Origin: Octopus bimaculoides
Lineage: Eukaryota
Assembly (NCBI RefSeq): GCF_001194135.2
Contig: NC_068989.1
Span: forward strand, 58,882,631-58,946,630
Direction of reading: 5' to 3'
Length of the DNA: 64,000 bases
Shown here: positions 61,958 through 64,000 of the stretch, in pieces
Layout of the letters: the number at the start of each line of letters is the position of its first letter
Numbering within the stretch: the first letter of the stretch is position 1
Position numbers and translations under genes: made by a program
The notes under the pieces: model-generated
What the model was told of the DNA's origin: nothing
What the model saw: only the letters and a program-made list of their open reading frames with translations
Database searches by the model: none

Positions 61958-62983
61958 ACAAAATAAAACATCCAAGCAAGATAATTCCAAAATAATCCTA
62001 TATTGCTGCCTTCATATATTTATCTGATCCAATAATTTCCTATCTTCTGCCTTGCAGCGACAAGATAACCTTGTCTAATAAAGTTAAAATTATTCGTGCT
62101 TTAATTGGGTTTAATAGAAAAGAAACGCTGTATATGCATCAATCTGTTTTAGTCTGCTGAGGCAGCTGTATCCAGCGGAAATATAAACTTGGGATAAATA
62201 GTGGTGATTCTAAATATATGAGTTTAGAGAAACATTAAACACTCTATAGAACACCAATGTTGGTTTACTGTGTTGTTTTTTCTTGCCTGGGTTTCAAAAT
62301 AAATACAAAACTAGACAGACAAATACATGTGAAGTTTATGAAGTTTTTAAATATTTTTCTCCTACGCACCTTCTCAATATTTCCACTTCATATTATGTTC
62401 AATCCGCTATAATCTAATAAAAGTTATAAACGACATCTAACCTTTGAAAACATCAAGAAAAGTAATTGTCTTAAAAACAGTGTTGGTAAAATATTTGAAA
62501 GATGTCTTGTCTGGGAAGTATGCCCTTTATTATTAGCTCGGCGGGAAGTTTTATATTTTCTTATAGTTACATGAAAGTATGAATCTTACAATATATCAAC
62601 TCTACTGCTATGTCAACTCTGCTACACGCCAGATCTTTTGACTTTTCCTCAAGTAGCTATTCATCACCGCTAACTCCATTCGTAACATTTCTTTGTATCA
62701 GTTTAAATTCAACACGTTAACGTCAGATGATCTCACCAGGGCTATATATTTCTGCAATCAATTAAGCGTATCATCTTGTCTTTTACATTAAATCTGACTC
62801 TAAAACTAAAAAACTATATTTCAGAGAAGATGGCATAAACAACCTTTTTAATGAAAATGTCCCGTTATAAACAATAATTGTTGTGGAAACAAATAGACAC
62901 AATGCTATTTTATATTTTGAAATGGGACACAATGATGTTTAAATGTAATCAAATGGGATATAATGTTATCTAATATTATAAAA

Positions 62984-63203
62984 TGTTGTGTCGACGCCCC
63001 CAAGCGGAGAAGTAGGATCGCCCAAGACATATAAATAGAGGTAGTCTAGCCGTGGTAGAGGAGTTGAGTAGCAAACGAGTAGCAGTTGTGTAGCGGTTGA
63101 GTAGAGATCATCCGAAGGTGCTAGATAGCAGTAGCTTGAGACATAACAGTGGCGACGAGGATTCGCAGCTCACACAACCACTGTGTAGTATTGTGACATA
63201 ACA
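62984..63203 (+). mobile_element. Collapsed Ty3/Gypsy (Mag-like) LTR element: 5' LTR + PBS + tip of 3' LTR
   Basis: LTR 62984-63148 bounded by TGTTGTGTC...GACATAACA with TATAAATA at 63030; PBS TGGCGACGAGGAT at 63150-63162; second GACATAACA at 63195-63203; 5-bp TSD TAAAA at 62979-62983 and 63204-63208. Confidence 0.85.
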
Positions 63204-64000
63204 TAAAATCTCCATCAAAGTGAGTTTATATCAAATACAGTTGGAGGGTGGCACATATCTAATACAGTGAGATGAATGACTTGGATTAACTGGGATTTTA
63301 CGTTCAATTAATAGACAAAATGTTATCTAGGAGTGGATTTCAACCCTAAACTACAACTTGCAAGAAAGTAAACTTCAATAGAATCAATTAATTGAAATTT
63401 TTGAAAATACATGAAATATTGTATGAGAGTAGATCTTGAAGGAAACTCGTAAGAACAACAGATAACAGCAATATAAACAGGTTACGGTTTTAATTAGACC
63501 TCCTCAGCGAAACGGTTTTTACATGTGGCAGGATTAAGAGAGATCCACAATTGCTCGCTGGGAATTGTAGCCTAGAGAAGAAAATTGCCAGTATATCACG
63601 TAGGATCACAGCCTACAGCTCAAACTGTGTTGTTTCATCGTCCACTGTAACCACTCACAGCATGGTGTTTATGCATGTGGCCCCAAAGGCTCGAAAGGCA
63701 TATGCTTTTAACATGGTGATAATTTTACCCCTAATATTTTTAATAAAATACTTCTTGAAGCGGATTCATATTTACATCTAACAGTCACCAAAAGAATGAG
63801 AATCTGCGCTGCCGTTATCTGTGTCTCACAGAAACTGACTGAGTATCATCCGATTAAAAGTTTTACCGAAATACAAATCAGACTGAGACTGTACTTATCC
63901 GGATTTAGTAACAAGAATTATGTTTGGAAGGGATTACTGTTTGGTCTTTCCATTCATTTTCTATTTTAGATATTTAACAAAATGTCACCCAGGTCGCAGT

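Overview
AT-rich eukaryotic genomic DNA, very dense in microsatellites, with 12 assembly gaps. It is not prokaryotic, and there are no CRISPR arrays, rRNA or tRNA genes. The repeat families look like those of an octopus-type cephalopod genome (my recognition, not database-checked). Most ORFs in the supplied track are artefacts of microsatellites or N-runs. Decayed transposons recognisable by translation: an L1/Tx1-clade LINE, a Tc1, a hAT (Charlie/SPIN-like), a Penelope, an RTE with a nested mariner MITE, a CR1, and two R4/Dong-type LINEs. Elements recognisable by structure: a piggyBac-type MITE, a Merlin-like foldback element carrying inverted TTAGGG arrays, a 220-bp collapsed Gypsy/Mag LTR element, and about 20 copies of four tRNA-derived SINE types, several with clear TSDs. 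Host-gene evidence is sparse. The best case is a minus-strand exon at 32622-32749 encoding three G-x-x-P-Q-R repeats that differ at synonymous positions. Weaker candidates are a signal-peptide exon (23515-23668), a hydrophilic exon (54345-54517) and a promoter/first exon near 6.3-6.5 kb. No host gene could be named. No clearly new biological system is proven. The best leads are the PQR-repeat gene, the telomere-repeat foldback element, microsatellite-associated LINEs and modular SINE chimeras.
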